Of a stretch of DNA of 64,000 nucleotides, positions 19,180 to 29,397 are shown one piece after another. This DNA comes from Clostridia bacterium (GTDB lineage: Bacteria; Bacillota; Clostridia; Oscillospirales; CAG-272), in contig JAFQOG010000016.1 in the NCBI GenBank assembly GCA_017420755.1, forward strand, positions 5,768-69,767, written 5' to 3'. The notes under the pieces are model-generated. The model saw only the letters and a list, made by a program, of their open reading frames with translations, made no database searches and was not told the origin of the DNA. Position 1 is the stretch's first letter. The number at the start of each line of letters is the position of its first letter. A program made the translations under genes and the position numbers.

Positions 19180-20067
19180 ATGTATATAGCAGACAATTGG
19201 AAGGATTATGAGCTACTTGATACATCTGATGGCGAAAGGCTTGAAAGATGGGGAAAATACATACTCATTCGCCCAGACCCACAGGTGATTTGGAAGGGTA
19301 AAAGAGAGCATAAGCTTTGGCGTAGCGCTCACGGAATCTATCGTAGATCAAGCTCCGGTGGAGGCGCATGGGTAAAAAACGATGTGCCTGAAAAGTGGAC
19401 TATTAAATATAAGGATCTGACCTTTGCCTTGAAGCCAATGGGTTTTAAGCACACAGGACTTTTTCCTGAGCAGGCTGCTAACTGGGATTGGTTTAGCGAG
19501 CTAATTAAGAAAAGAAGAGCACAGGGCAAGGATGTAAAGGTCCTAAACCTCTTTGCCTACACAGGTGGAGCTACTGCCGCATCAGCTAAGGCCGGCGCAC
19601 AGGTTGTCCATGTTGATGCGTCCAAGGGAATGGTAGCATGCGCAAAGGAAAATCTTGCTCTAAGTGGACTTGGAGACGCTCCTGTTAGATATATTGTAGA
19701 TGACTGTCGCAAATTTGTCGAAAGAGAAATTCGTCGTGGTAACAAGTACGATGCTATAATTATGGACCCCCCATCATATGGCAGAGGCCCGGGTGGAGAG
19801 GTTTGGAAGCTTGAGGACGCAGTATGCGATTTTGTCGCATTGTGCGAAAGGGTGCTCTCTGATGATCCCTTGTTCTTCCTTATTAACTCATATACCACAG
19901 GACTTAGCGCACTGACAATGGGCTATGTTCTAGATATAGAAATTGTAAAAAAGCATGGTGGGGTGTCTAGCACAGCAGAGCTAGCGCTTCCCGTTACGCA
20001 AACCGGAAGCTATTTGCCATGTGGAGCAAGCGCACGCTGGGTGTGCGATGAAATGGCTCAAGATTGA
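19180..20067 (+). CDS. Class I SAM-dependent methyltransferase (RlmI-like)
   Basis: 'KHTGLFPEQ', 'VLNLFAYTGG', 'IIMDPPSYG'. Confidence 0.88.
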   Translation: MYIADNWKDYELLDTSDGERLERWGKYILIRPDPQVIWKGKREHKLWRSAHGIYRRSSSGGGAWVKNDVPEKWTIKYKDLTFALKPMGFKHTGLFPEQAANWDWFSELIKKRRAQGKDVKVLNLFAYTGGATAASAKAGAQVVHVDASKGMVACAKENLALSGLGDAPVRYIVDDCRKFVEREIRRGNKYDAIIMDPPSYGRGPGGEVWKLEDAVCDFVALCERVLSDDPLFFLINSYTTGLSALTMGYVLDIEIVKKHGGVSSTAELALPVTQTGSYLPCGASARWVCDEMAQD

Positions 20068-20084
20068 GCTATCAAGGAGAAAAA

Positions 20085-20969
20085 ATGAATCCAATTATAA
20101 AGCTAGAAAATGTTTCTTATTCCTACCCCGGTGACGAGGAGGAGAGAGGAATATACGCAGTTAAAAATTTGTCCCTTGAAATAAATGAGGGTGAATTTGT
20201 TGCTATTTTAGGACATAATGGCTCGGGAAAATCGACCTGTGCAAAGCTAATGAATATGATTTTAAGCCCTAACGAGGGAAAAATATTCATTGATGGCAAG
20301 GACATTACCGAGGAAATGACCGATAGCGACATTCTTGAGGTTAGAAAAAAGGTTGGAATGGTTTTCCAAAACCCCGATAACCAAATTGTCGCCACCATCG
20401 TCGAGGAGGATGTTGCCTTTGGCCCTGAAAATTTGGGAATTGAGCCAAGCGAAATTAGACGACGAGTTGATGAGGCGTTAGAAATCGTTAACATGACCGC
20501 CTATGCTCGCCATGCCCCTCACAAGCTCTCCGGTGGACAAAAGCAAAGAGTGGCTATTGCCGGAATTATCGCCATGAAGCCCAAATGTATCATTTTTGAC
20601 GAGTCAACCGCTATGCTTGACCCTATGGGACGCAAGGATGTTATGAATACAATCCTTCGCTTAAATCGCGAGGAAGGAATAACAATTATATTAATCACTC
20701 ACTATATGAACGAGGCATCACTTGCCGATAGAGTAATTGTAATGAGAGATGGTGAGCTTTATCTTGAGGGAAAGCCTCAAAGCGTATTCTGCCAAACCGA
20801 AAAGCTCTGGAAAGCAGGACTTGAAGTGCCACAGGGGGTAGAGCTAATATACAAGCTAAACCAAGAGCTTGGACTTGATATACCGCTAGGCGTGTATGAT
20901 TTTGATACCTGCGCCGAGCTAATTGAAAAGGAAATTAATAAAACAGGAAAAAACAATGCCGATAGTTAA
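20085..20969 (+). CDS. ecfA1: ECF transporter ATPase EcfA1
   Basis: 'GHNGSGKST', 'FQNPDNQ', 'LSGGQKQRVAIAG'. Confidence 0.93.
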   Translation: MNPIIKLENVSYSYPGDEEERGIYAVKNLSLEINEGEFVAILGHNGSGKSTCAKLMNMILSPNEGKIFIDGKDITEEMTDSDILEVRKKVGMVFQNPDNQIVATIVEEDVAFGPENLGIEPSEIRRRVDEALEIVNMTAYARHAPHKLSGGQKQRVAIAGIIAMKPKCIIFDESTAMLDPMGRKDVMNTILRLNREEGITIILITHYMNEASLADRVIVMRDGELYLEGKPQSVFCQTEKLWKAGLEVPQGVELIYKLNQELGLDIPLGVYDFDTCAELIEKEINKTGKNNADS

Positions 20970-21825
20970 AATAGAAAATGTGAGCTTCACATACGGAAGG
21001 AAAACACCATACGAAATCCACGCTCTTGATAGTGTTAATATCGCCATTGAGGAAAATCTTATAACAGGCATAATAGGACACACGGGCTCGGGTAAATCAA
21101 CCCTTGTCCAAATGTTCAATGGCCTTATAAGGCCCGATAGTGGAAGCGTAATTATTGATGGCGAGAATATATGGGATAAGCCAAAGCAAATTGGAAAAAT
21201 TCGCTTTAAGGTCGGTATGGTTATGCAGTATCCGGAATATCAGCTTTTTGCTGAAACCGTAAAGGAGGATATTGCTTATGGCCCTAAAAACATGGGGCTT
21301 GATGATGAGGAAATCAATCGCAGAATAGAAAAAAGCGCGCGCTTTTGTGGGCTTGATTTTTCTGTGCTTGAAAAATCCCCCTTCGACCTTTCGGGAGGAC
21401 AAAAAAGAAGAGTAGCCCTTGCGGGAGTAATGGCGATGGAGCCAAAGCTTTTGGTGCTTGACGAGCCCGCCGCAGGACTTGATCCACGAGGCAGAAGAGA
21501 AATCCTTGGAGGCATCAAGGAGTATCAACGCCAAAGTGGAAATAGCGTCGTAATTGTAAGTCATAGCATGGAAGATATGGCTATGTATTGTGATAGAATA
21601 ATCGTTATGGCAAACGGAAGAATTATCCTAGAGGGAACACCTGCCGAGGTCTTCTCTCAGGCAAGCGTTTTGCAGTCTGCGGGGCTAGATGTTCCGGAAG
21701 TCACAAAAATTGTGACCGCACTTCGCAGAAGAGGTGTTAAAATATCTTCAGATATCTACACAATACAAGGTGCTCTTGAAGCAATTGCAAAATGCGCGTC
21801 AGGAGGTGAAGAGAATGTCACTTGA
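20956..21825 (+). CDS. ecfA2: ECF transporter ATPase EcfA2
   Basis: 'GHTGSGKST', 'QYPEYQLF', 'SPFDLSGGQKRRVA'. Confidence 0.93.
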   Translation: MPIVKIENVSFTYGRKTPYEIHALDSVNIAIEENLITGIIGHTGSGKSTLVQMFNGLIRPDSGSVIIDGENIWDKPKQIGKIRFKVGMVMQYPEYQLFAETVKEDIAYGPKNMGLDDEEINRRIEKSARFCGLDFSVLEKSPFDLSGGQKRRVALAGVMAMEPKLLVLDEPAAGLDPRGRREILGGIKEYQRQSGNSVVIVSHSMEDMAMYCDRIIVMANGRIILEGTPAEVFSQASVLQSAGLDVPEVTKIVTALRRRGVKISSDIYTIQGALEAIAKCASGGEENVT

Positions 21826-22657
21826 TATCACATTGGGACAGTATTACGACACAAAGTCCCTAATTCACCGCCTTGACCCAAGAACAAAGCTGTTCTTTGT
21901 CATAATCTATATTGTTGCAATCTTTGTTGCTAAGGAAATAATGGCATTCGCCTTCCTTGCGCTAGTATTGATTACAACAATAATAGTTAGCAGAGTTCCG
22001 CTAAGAGTAATTTTTAAGGGCTTAAAGCCACTTACGGTGATAATTATTTTCACAGCAATTTTGAATATGTTTATCACAAAGGCGCAAAGTGAGCCACTCT
22101 TTTCCGTGACCATAATTCCAAATGCATGGACACTCACGCTTTACAAAGAGGGACTTATTAACGCAGGAATTTTAGCACTTAGAATTATACTTCTTATTTT
22201 GCAAACAAGTCTATTTTTCTCGTATGCAACAACGCCAATTGAGCTAACAGATGGACTGGAAATGTCATTATCTCCACTAAAAAAGATAAAGGTTCCCGTT
22301 CACGAGTTTGCGATGATGATGACAATTGCCCTAAGATTTATTCCGACGCTAGTTGACGAAACCTCGAAAATAATGAACGCTCAAAAGGCGAGAGGTGCAG
22401 ATTTTTCAAGCGGAGGTCTAATCAAAAAGGCAAAGGCGCTCATTCCAATCATAATACCGCTCTTCATTTCTTCGTTTAGAAGGGCAGAGGAGCTTGCAAC
22501 AGCGATGGAATGTAGATGCTATCATGGCGGAGATGGCAGAACAAGAATGAAAAAGCTCAAAATGAAGGCAAGAGATTATACAGGACTCCTACTAACGCTT
22601 TCGATTTTAGCAGGAGTAATCCTCTTGAACCTTTACACAAGCATTTATTCAATATAA
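21815..22657 (+). CDS. ecfT: ECF transporter transmembrane component EcfT
   Basis: 'HRLDPRTK', 'ALRFIPTL', 'AQKARG', 'AMECRCY'. Confidence 0.93.
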   Translation: MSLDITLGQYYDTKSLIHRLDPRTKLFFVIIYIVAIFVAKEIMAFAFLALVLITTIIVSRVPLRVIFKGLKPLTVIIIFTAILNMFITKAQSEPLFSVTIIPNAWTLTLYKEGLINAGILALRIILLILQTSLFFSYATTPIELTDGLEMSLSPLKKIKVPVHEFAMMMTIALRFIPTLVDETSKIMNAQKARGADFSSGGLIKKAKALIPIIIPLFISSFRRAEELATAMECRCYHGGDGRTRMKKLKMKARDYTGLLLTLSILAGVILLNLYTSIYSI

Positions 22658-22669
22658 AAGGGAGAAAAT

Positions 22670-23428
22670 ATGAAAATCCTCATAACGCTTTCATATGTTG
22701 GCACAGGGTATATGGGATATCAGCTACAGGGCGATAAGCCAACCGTTGCACTCATGCTAAATCGAGCTGTAAGAAAGGCCTTTGGCTTCGATTGCAATGT
22801 GACGGGATGCTCTCGCACCGATAGCGGTGTTCACGCTCTTGGCTATTGTGCCACGATAGAACCAAAAAACAAGCAAAATCAAATAACCGTTCCCCTTGAC
22901 AAAATTCCAATAGCTCTTAATACAATGCTTCCAAGCGATATATGCGTTATATCCGCTAAGGAGGTAAGCGACGATTTTCACGCTCGCTATAATGTAGTAA
23001 AAAAGGAATATGTTTATAAAATTCGTACAAGCCCTATAAGAGATCCGTTTCTTTCCGGACGAGTTCTTGAATATGGCAGAGAAATAAGCGATGAGTCGCT
23101 AGCCAAAATGCAAATCGGCGCATCGCAATTTATCGGAACGCATAAATTTGACGCGTTTATGTCAGCAGGCTCTAAGGTAGATGACACGACAAGAACAGTA
23201 TATAAAAGCTTCCTAAAAAGGAAAGGGGATATAGTTGAATTTCATGTAGTAGCTGACGGCTTTCTTTACAACATGGTGAGGATTATGGTAGGCACGCTCT
23301 TGGATATTGAAAGGGGCAAAATCAACGAGAGCACAATATCGTGGATCATCAGCTTGAAGGACCGTAAAAATGCCGGACAAACCGCAAGACCGGATGGTCT
23401 GTATTTAAAGAAAGTATATTATCATTAA
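22670..23428 (+). CDS. truA: tRNA pseudouridine(38-40) synthase
   Basis: 'GCSRTDSGVHA', 'FHAR', 'GFLYNMVRIMVG'. Confidence 0.95.
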   Translation: MKILITLSYVGTGYMGYQLQGDKPTVALMLNRAVRKAFGFDCNVTGCSRTDSGVHALGYCATIEPKNKQNQITVPLDKIPIALNTMLPSDICVISAKEVSDDFHARYNVVKKEYVYKIRTSPIRDPFLSGRVLEYGREISDESLAKMQIGASQFIGTHKFDAFMSAGSKVDDTTRTVYKSFLKRKGDIVEFHVVADGFLYNMVRIMVGTLLDIERGKINESTISWIISLKDRKNAGQTARPDGLYLKKVYYH

Positions 23429-23535
23429 AATATTTTTTGGCGTCACTATTGACAAATGCCGAAAAAGGTTGTATAATACTTAAATAGGAAAAGGATTTTA
23501 TAGCCCAAAAGGGCTGAAAGGCAATAAGGGTAGCA

Positions 23536-24267
23536 ATGGTTAGCTTAATAATTGACATAGTAATTGCACTGATTTGCTTAATTATCATAATTAGAAACGC
23601 TGCAAGAGGCTTTATTAAGTCGTTTATGGCATTCGCTAGAACGATTTTGGCAATATTGCTTGCATGGTGCTTAAATCCACCGTTTGCAGGACTTTTAGAG
23701 GAAAAATTTTTCTCCGAGATGTCGCAGGGATGGGTATATAACGCATTCGTTTCTACATACGACGGAGAGGGCGCATATAAGCTATATACGCTTTTCGATG
23801 GTATTCCCGAATGGTTTACTAACGCACTAATGCGTTCCGGTGTTGATGAGCAAACGGTTCAAAAATATTTTTATAGTGGAGAGAGCGCTCCAATCGAGGT
23901 AGTAGAACAGCTTTCTGCTAGTCTTGGTGGACTTCTTTCATCTTTAATTTCAACAATTCTTGCGGTAATTATCATATTTGTAGTTGTTGAAATCGTACTA
24001 CTGCTTTTGGGATTGCTTCTCAATAAGGTAGGACAAATTCCAATTTTTAGATTTTTAAACATACTTCTCGGTGCAGCGATAGGAGTTGTGTTCTCAGCTG
24101 TAATCGTATTCTTGCTAACAGGTGCAATAATCTGGATCATAAGATTTGGCGCATCCTATAATGCAAATGTGTTTACCGAGTCATTAATTACGGATTCAAT
24201 CTTCTTAAATTTCGTAAACGAAAAGAATCTGTGGTCGATGCTTTCGGATCTTATTTTTGGAGCATAA
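23536..24267 (+). CDS. CvpA-family membrane protein (paralog 1)
   Basis: 'IIDIVI...ARGFIKS', 'FLNILLGAAIG'. Confidence 0.7.
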   Translation: MVSLIIDIVIALICLIIIIRNAARGFIKSFMAFARTILAILLAWCLNPPFAGLLEEKFFSEMSQGWVYNAFVSTYDGEGAYKLYTLFDGIPEWFTNALMRSGVDEQTVQKYFYSGESAPIEVVEQLSASLGGLLSSLISTILAVIIIFVVVEIVLLLLGLLLNKVGQIPIFRFLNILLGAAIGVVFSAVIVFLLTGAIIWIIRFGASYNANVFTESLITDSIFLNFVNEKNLWSMLSDLIFGA

Positions 24268-24275
24268 TAAAAAAT

Positions 24276-24311
24276 AAAAGATTTTCGCCCCTAAAAAGCG
24301 AAAATCTTTTT
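24276..24311 (+). terminator. Intrinsic terminator
   Basis: AAAAGATTTTCGC-N9-GCGAAAATCTTTT. Confidence 0.8.
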
Positions 24312-24421
24312 GTTTTAATGACACTTTATTTTGCACATACTATTGACAATTACAAAAAATAAATATATAATTATTATGTATAGTTTTATTTAATCTTTAA
24401 AGGAGAGGACAAATTTAAATT

Positions 24422-25135
24422 ATGGGAATTGTAATAGACATACTTTTACTAGCGATAGCAGTAATATTTATAATAAGACACGCTCGTCTTGGATTTGTTA
24501 AGTCGGTGCTTAACTCACTCAAGGCTCTTCTCGCTATTGGACTCGCATTTTTACTACGCGTGCCCGTGGCAAGACTTTTTGATTCATGGTTTATGAACAA
24601 GGCTGTAACGCAATGGGTGTATGAATCGCTTAGCTCGTCAGCTATCGGCGCAGACCCCGCCTTTGACCTAGTTACTCTATATGAAACATGCCCAATGGCA
24701 TACAATGGATTGTTGTCATCATTTGGACTTGAAACAGAGGGTCTAGACGGACAAATCACAAACATCGAAAGCCTAAGTGATGAGGCAATAGTTGCCTTGT
24801 CAGAGAATATAGGCTCATCACTTTCGTATTTTTGCTCAATCGCATTAGCGCTTCTTGTGCTATTCGTGATTGCAATTATAGCTCTAACAATCGTTATTGC
24901 AGTTTTGGACCTAGTAACACGCTTGCCCGTACTCAACTTCCTAAACAGAGTACTCGGTGGAGTAATAGGCGTGGTTTGGGCAGCGCTCTTTGCATGGGCT
25001 CTTGGAACTGTTCTTACAGTAGTTTCAACCTTCTTGCCCGACCTTATCGGACAAAACGCAATCACCGATTCAATTATATTGGGACTCTTGGCTGATATTC
25101 AAGCGCTCAATATAATTCCGGGCTTATTCCAATAA
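24422..25135 (+). CDS. CvpA-family membrane protein (paralog 2)
   Basis: 'VIDILL...ARLGFVKS', 'LPVLNFLNRVLGGVIG'. Confidence 0.7.
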   Translation: MGIVIDILLLAIAVIFIIRHARLGFVKSVLNSLKALLAIGLAFLLRVPVARLFDSWFMNKAVTQWVYESLSSSAIGADPAFDLVTLYETCPMAYNGLLSSFGLETEGLDGQITNIESLSDEAIVALSENIGSSLSYFCSIALALLVLFVIAIIALTIVIAVLDLVTRLPVLNFLNRVLGGVIGVVWAALFAWALGTVLTVVSTFLPDLIGQNAITDSIILGLLADIQALNIIPGLFQ

Positions 25136-25157
25136 TTAAGAAAAGGTATTTATTTCT

Positions 25158-27485
25158 ATGAAAATGTGCGCAAGATGCAATAAAAATCCGGCATCAGTTT
25201 TTATAACAAGAATAGAAAACAACGAAACAAAGCAGGAATGGCTTTGCGTTCTTTGTGCTCAAAAGTTGGGACTTGTAAAGCCTGAGGATATATTTCGACA
25301 GGCAGGCATCACTCCTGAGGATGTCGATGATATGAAGCAGTTCTTTTCAAATCCCGAAATGCTAGCAGAGGCACTATCTGGCGAGGACGGAGATGGCTCC
25401 GACTTTCCAACAATTGATTTCAACAAGCTTATGCGCGCAGCAGGCTTGTCCAATAATAACAATAACGCCGACACTCCCGCAAATGCCGAGGAAGGCTCTA
25501 GCGAGGGCGAGAATAATAAAAGAGATAGATCTCGCTCAACAAAAAAAGCTCCTCGTGAGCGTAAGCATCTTACGACATTCTGTCACAACCTAACCGCAGA
25601 TGCGCTAAACGGAAGGCTTGATAGAATTGTCGGCAGAGAAAGAGAGCTTGAAAGGGTTATTCAAATCCTTAGCCGTCGCCAAAAAAACAATCCTTGCTTA
25701 ATAGGTGAGCCGGGCGTAGGAAAAACCGCTATTGCTGAGGCACTAGCTCAAAGAATAGTTGACGGAAATGTTCCGTATAAGCTAAAAAATTGTGAGGTAT
25801 TCTTAGTGGACCTTACAGCTCTTGTTGCCGGCACGCAGTTTAGAGGACAGTTTGAGGGAAGAATAAATGGTCTTATAAACGAGGTAAAGGAAGCAGGCAA
25901 CATCATTCTCGTAATAGACGAGGTTCATAATATCGTTGGCACAGGTAATTCCGAGGGAAGCATGAATGCAGCTAATATTCTAAAGCCCGCACTCTCTCGT
26001 GGAGAAATCCAAATTATCGGTGCAACAACAATGAGCGAGTATAGAAAATATATCGAAAAGGATTCTGCTCTTGAGCGTCGCTTCCAGCCTGTAAAGGTTG
26101 AAGAGCCATCAATTGATGAATGTATCGAAATGCTCAAGGGAATTAAACATTACTATGAGATTTATCATGGAGTAAAAATCCCTGACGATATTATCAAAAC
26201 AGTTGTGGTAATGAGCGAAAGATATATCAATGATAGATTTTTGCCCGATAAGGCGATAGATATCATAGATGAGGCTTGCTCTCATATCGTTTTAAACTCT
26301 CCTCATATAAACGAGCGTCATTCGCTTATCGAAAGCCTTGCAAAAATTGATGCAGGACTTGAGGCTGTAAATGCCAAAATCACGGAGGGAGAGCCAACTG
26401 AGGCGGATTATAAGACCCTAGCAGAGCTAAAGGCATCTCGCTCTCAGCTTTTAATAGAAAAGAAAAGACTTGACGAGCTGTGCGAGGGAACTGAAATGAC
26501 AGTTGCCGACATCGCAAATGTAATCGAAATTTGGACGGGAATTCCCGCAACTAATATCTCGGTTGATGAGCTCGGTCAGCTTGCAGGGCTTGAGGATAAT
26601 ATTAAGCTTAGAATAATAGGACAGGACGAGGCAGTATCGGCAGTATCTCGTGCAATACGCAGAAATAGAGCCGGCGTTGCAACTAAGCGTCGCCCCGTTT
26701 CATTTGTATTTGCAGGACCAACAGGCGTCGGTAAAACGGAGCTTGTTAAAACTCTTGCAAATCAGCTTTTCAACACTCCGGATGCTTTAATTAGACTTGA
26801 TATGTCAGAGTTTATGGAAAAGCATTCTGTGTCAAAGATAATAGGAGCGCCTCCGGGCTATGTTGGCTATGACGAGGCAGGACAGCTTACCGAAAAAATA
26901 AGGCGTCGCCCTTATTCCGTAATCCTCTTTGACGAAATTGAAAAGGCTCATCCCGATGTTCTCAATGTTTTACTTCAAATTCTTGATGAGGGTAGAATTA
27001 CCGACTCTCAAGGAAGAGTAGTAAATTTTGAAAACACCGTCATTATTATGACAACAAACGCAGGCTCAACCGTAACCTCTAGCACCGCAGGCTTTGCCCA
27101 AGAGCAAAGCAAGCATGATGCAGACAAGACCCAAAAGGCATTGTCCGAGTTTATGCGCCCTGAGTTTATAAATAGAATTGACGAAATCATCACCTTCCGC
27201 TCTCTTGAGCTTGATGATTTCAAGCAAATCGCAAAAATAATGCTAAACGACCTAAAGGAAGCCCTTTTGGAAAGAAGTATCAGCCTCACCTACACAGACG
27301 AGGTATGCGATTTTGTAGCCGAAAAATCATATAGTCGTAAGTTTGGCGCAAGAAATATGCGTAGATTTATCCAAACAGAAATAGAGGATAGACTTGCAAA
27401 TGCAATAATTTTTGAAAACAAGGCAAAAATCGAAGCCGCATCGCTAACAATTGAAAATGGCGAGCTAAAGCTTTCGTATATTTAA
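25158..27485 (+). CDS. ATP-dependent Clp protease ATPase subunit, ClpE/ClpC type with N-terminal zinc finger
   Basis: CxxC...CxxC N-terminus; two AAA+ modules 'GEPGVGKT' and 'GPTGVGKT', 'GAPPGYVGY'. Confidence 0.93.
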   Translation: MKMCARCNKNPASVFITRIENNETKQEWLCVLCAQKLGLVKPEDIFRQAGITPEDVDDMKQFFSNPEMLAEALSGEDGDGSDFPTIDFNKLMRAAGLSNNNNNADTPANAEEGSSEGENNKRDRSRSTKKAPRERKHLTTFCHNLTADALNGRLDRIVGRERELERVIQILSRRQKNNPCLIGEPGVGKTAIAEALAQRIVDGNVPYKLKNCEVFLVDLTALVAGTQFRGQFEGRINGLINEVKEAGNIILVIDEVHNIVGTGNSEGSMNAANILKPALSRGEIQIIGATTMSEYRKYIEKDSALERRFQPVKVEEPSIDECIEMLKGIKHYYEIYHGVKIPDDIIKTVVVMSERYINDRFLPDKAIDIIDEACSHIVLNSPHINERHSLIESLAKIDAGLEAVNAKITEGEPTEADYKTLAELKASRSQLLIEKKRLDELCEGTEMTVADIANVIEIWTGIPATNISVDELGQLAGLEDNIKLRIIGQDEAVSAVSRAIRRNRAGVATKRRPVSFVFAGPTGVGKTELVKTLANQLFNTPDALIRLDMSEFMEKHSVSKIIGAPPGYVGYDEAGQLTEKIRRRPYSVILFDEIEKAHPDVLNVLLQILDEGRITDSQGRVVNFENTVIIMTTNAGSTVTSSTAGFAQEQSKHDADKTQKALSEFMRPEFINRIDEIITFRSLELDDFKQIAKIMLNDLKEALLERSISLTYTDEVCDFVAEKSYSRKFGARNMRRFIQTEIEDRLANAIIFENKAKIEAASLTIENGELKLSYI

Positions 27486-27494
27486 GGAGTGCTT

Positions 27495-29372
27495 ATGAAA
27501 AAAATTGTATCGACCCTTCTCGCAATAATTTTTCTTCTGTCACAGCTCGCAATCGTATGCTTTGCAGAAGACCCAGAGCCGACACTTGAAAACATAGCAA
27601 CAAATGGTCTTGCATACTGCTCCAGTATGAAACATAGCAATTGGACCCCACCTAATACCATTAATGATGGAAAAAGCAACGATTGGCCGGGCTGGGAGCC
27701 TGCGTATCCATCAGTTCCACCAACAGAGAATACCTCTAAGGGATTCAACGGAGAATATTGCGGAATAAAATTCTTGAATAACGAGTACTATGAGGTTCAT
27801 AAAATCAATATGGTTATTGGACTTCATGCTCAATATCGCCAAAATGTTACATATACAATCAAGGCGCTAGTTGAGGGAGTATGGGAAACGATTGCAACCG
27901 TAAAGGACGAGCAATTCAAGCCTAACAACTACGACTCCTATGAGGATGCAATGGAAAATGATACTAGCAACTATCATATCCGTGCAGAGCATTCAATCGA
28001 CCTTGACGAGCCGGTAAACACTAACAATGTAAGAATTATAGTTGATGGCTTTGCTAAAAATTATCCTGGTGGAGATGTTCTTATATTTCCATATATATAT
28101 GAGGTTGAGCTTATAGGAAAAAGAGGCGAAACTCCCGACCTCTCACTTCCCGAAGGCGCAGAATTCTCATCAAATGCAGCTCATAACTCTATTCCTTATG
28201 CATCAAGCTCTAAGGAGCTTGCATATCCCTTCCTTGCAATTGATAAAAACGAAGCAACCTCTTGGAAGCCGGGCAAGCTTGATGCTGGACAATTCCTTAT
28301 GCTTGAGCTTGAAAAGGAATATACAGTTGATAAAATAACTCTTAATTTCGGTAGCACAGCTACTCCTGCTCAAAAGGCTAATAATGCACCATTTAAGCTT
28401 GAGGCTATGGTGAATGGTAATTGGCAAAAAATCGCAGATGGTAGCACCTATAACGAAGCGACAAATTCCTGTATTAGCGAATTTGCAATAGCTACACCTA
28501 TCAAAACAAATAAAGTAAGAGTTGTTTTTGAGCAGGCGCTTAAATCCGCCCCGTCAGTATACGAATTTGAGGTCAATATTGTTGGAGAAAGAACCTATTA
28601 TTTGCAAACAAAGTTTACCGCATTCCAAAAGCAGTCCTCTGCAAAGGGAAATCTTGCAATTTTAGGTACAGCCTACGCAAGTGCAAATCTTCTCCCGTAT
28701 TCAGAACCATCATTTATCAATGACGGTCGAATTCTAAAGACATCAAGCGTTTGGTTTGGTGGTACAATTGATATTCCTGTAAGCTGTGGAGTAAAGCTTG
28801 ATAAGGCATATACAATAAACAAAGTTGCTGTATATTGTGCTGAGCCATCAAACATCGGCACAGATGTTACAAGCTTTAATATCATCGCTAAGGTTGATGG
28901 TAAGGATCAAATTGTTGCAACGGGTAAATCCTATGATCCTAACAATATCGTGGAAAATAGCGAGTCAAGATATACTACAATTTATACGCTTGATGGTGGT
29001 GTCACAACCGACGATATTAGAATTGAATTTACAAGAGGAGGTAGCACAATTCCAAATGTGCTAGAGCTTGAAATTTATTCTGATACAACATTCCCATCTG
29101 CCTTTGATGGATACCCAACAGAGCTTATTGCACCAACCTATACCGCAGTTGAGAATAATAATTCTGAGCCTAATACAAACACAGGCAACGACAAAAACGA
29201 GGATAATAACAGTCTTCCTATCATAATCGGCGTTTCAGCTGTTATGGTTGTGGCAGTTGGTTGCTCAGTTGGAGCTATTATTATAATAAATAGAAAGAAA
29301 AAGAACCCTAGCATCTCTAAGCCAAGCACAGAGGATGCTAACGCCTCAAATGATGAGGAAAATAAACAATGA
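27495..29372 (+). CDS. Secreted, C-terminally anchored protein with three discoidin (F5/8 type C, CBM32-like) domains
   Basis: Signal peptide; three repeats starting 'NIA/NAA/NLA...AY.SS' and ending 'YEVELI/YEFEV/LELEIY'; C-terminal TM plus RKKK. Confidence 0.7.
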   Translation: MKKIVSTLLAIIFLLSQLAIVCFAEDPEPTLENIATNGLAYCSSMKHSNWTPPNTINDGKSNDWPGWEPAYPSVPPTENTSKGFNGEYCGIKFLNNEYYEVHKINMVIGLHAQYRQNVTYTIKALVEGVWETIATVKDEQFKPNNYDSYEDAMENDTSNYHIRAEHSIDLDEPVNTNNVRIIVDGFAKNYPGGDVLIFPYIYEVELIGKRGETPDLSLPEGAEFSSNAAHNSIPYASSSKELAYPFLAIDKNEATSWKPGKLDAGQFLMLELEKEYTVDKITLNFGSTATPAQKANNAPFKLEAMVNGNWQKIADGSTYNEATNSCISEFAIATPIKTNKVRVVFEQALKSAPSVYEFEVNIVGERTYYLQTKFTAFQKQSSAKGNLAILGTAYASANLLPYSEPSFINDGRILKTSSVWFGGTIDIPVSCGVKLDKAYTINKVAVYCAEPSNIGTDVTSFNIIAKVDGKDQIVATGKSYDPNNIVENSESRYTTIYTLDGGVTTDDIRIEFTRGGSTIPNVLELEIYSDTTFPSAFDGYPTELIAPTYTAVENNNSEPNTNTGNDKNEDNNSLPIIIGVSAVMVVAVGCSVGAIIIINRKKKNPSISKPSTEDANASNDEENKQ

Positions 29373-29397
29373 CACAAAAAGAGGTTTAATTTTAAAA

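Noticed and set aside
24415-25065. 216-aa antisense ORF, and the many other short overlapping ORFs in the track
   Set aside because: They are shadows of well-supported genes on the opposite strand or frame, with no RBS or motifs.
25158-25280. Zinc finger at the Clp ATPase N-terminus as a novel fusion
   Set aside because: This is the established ClpE-type architecture.
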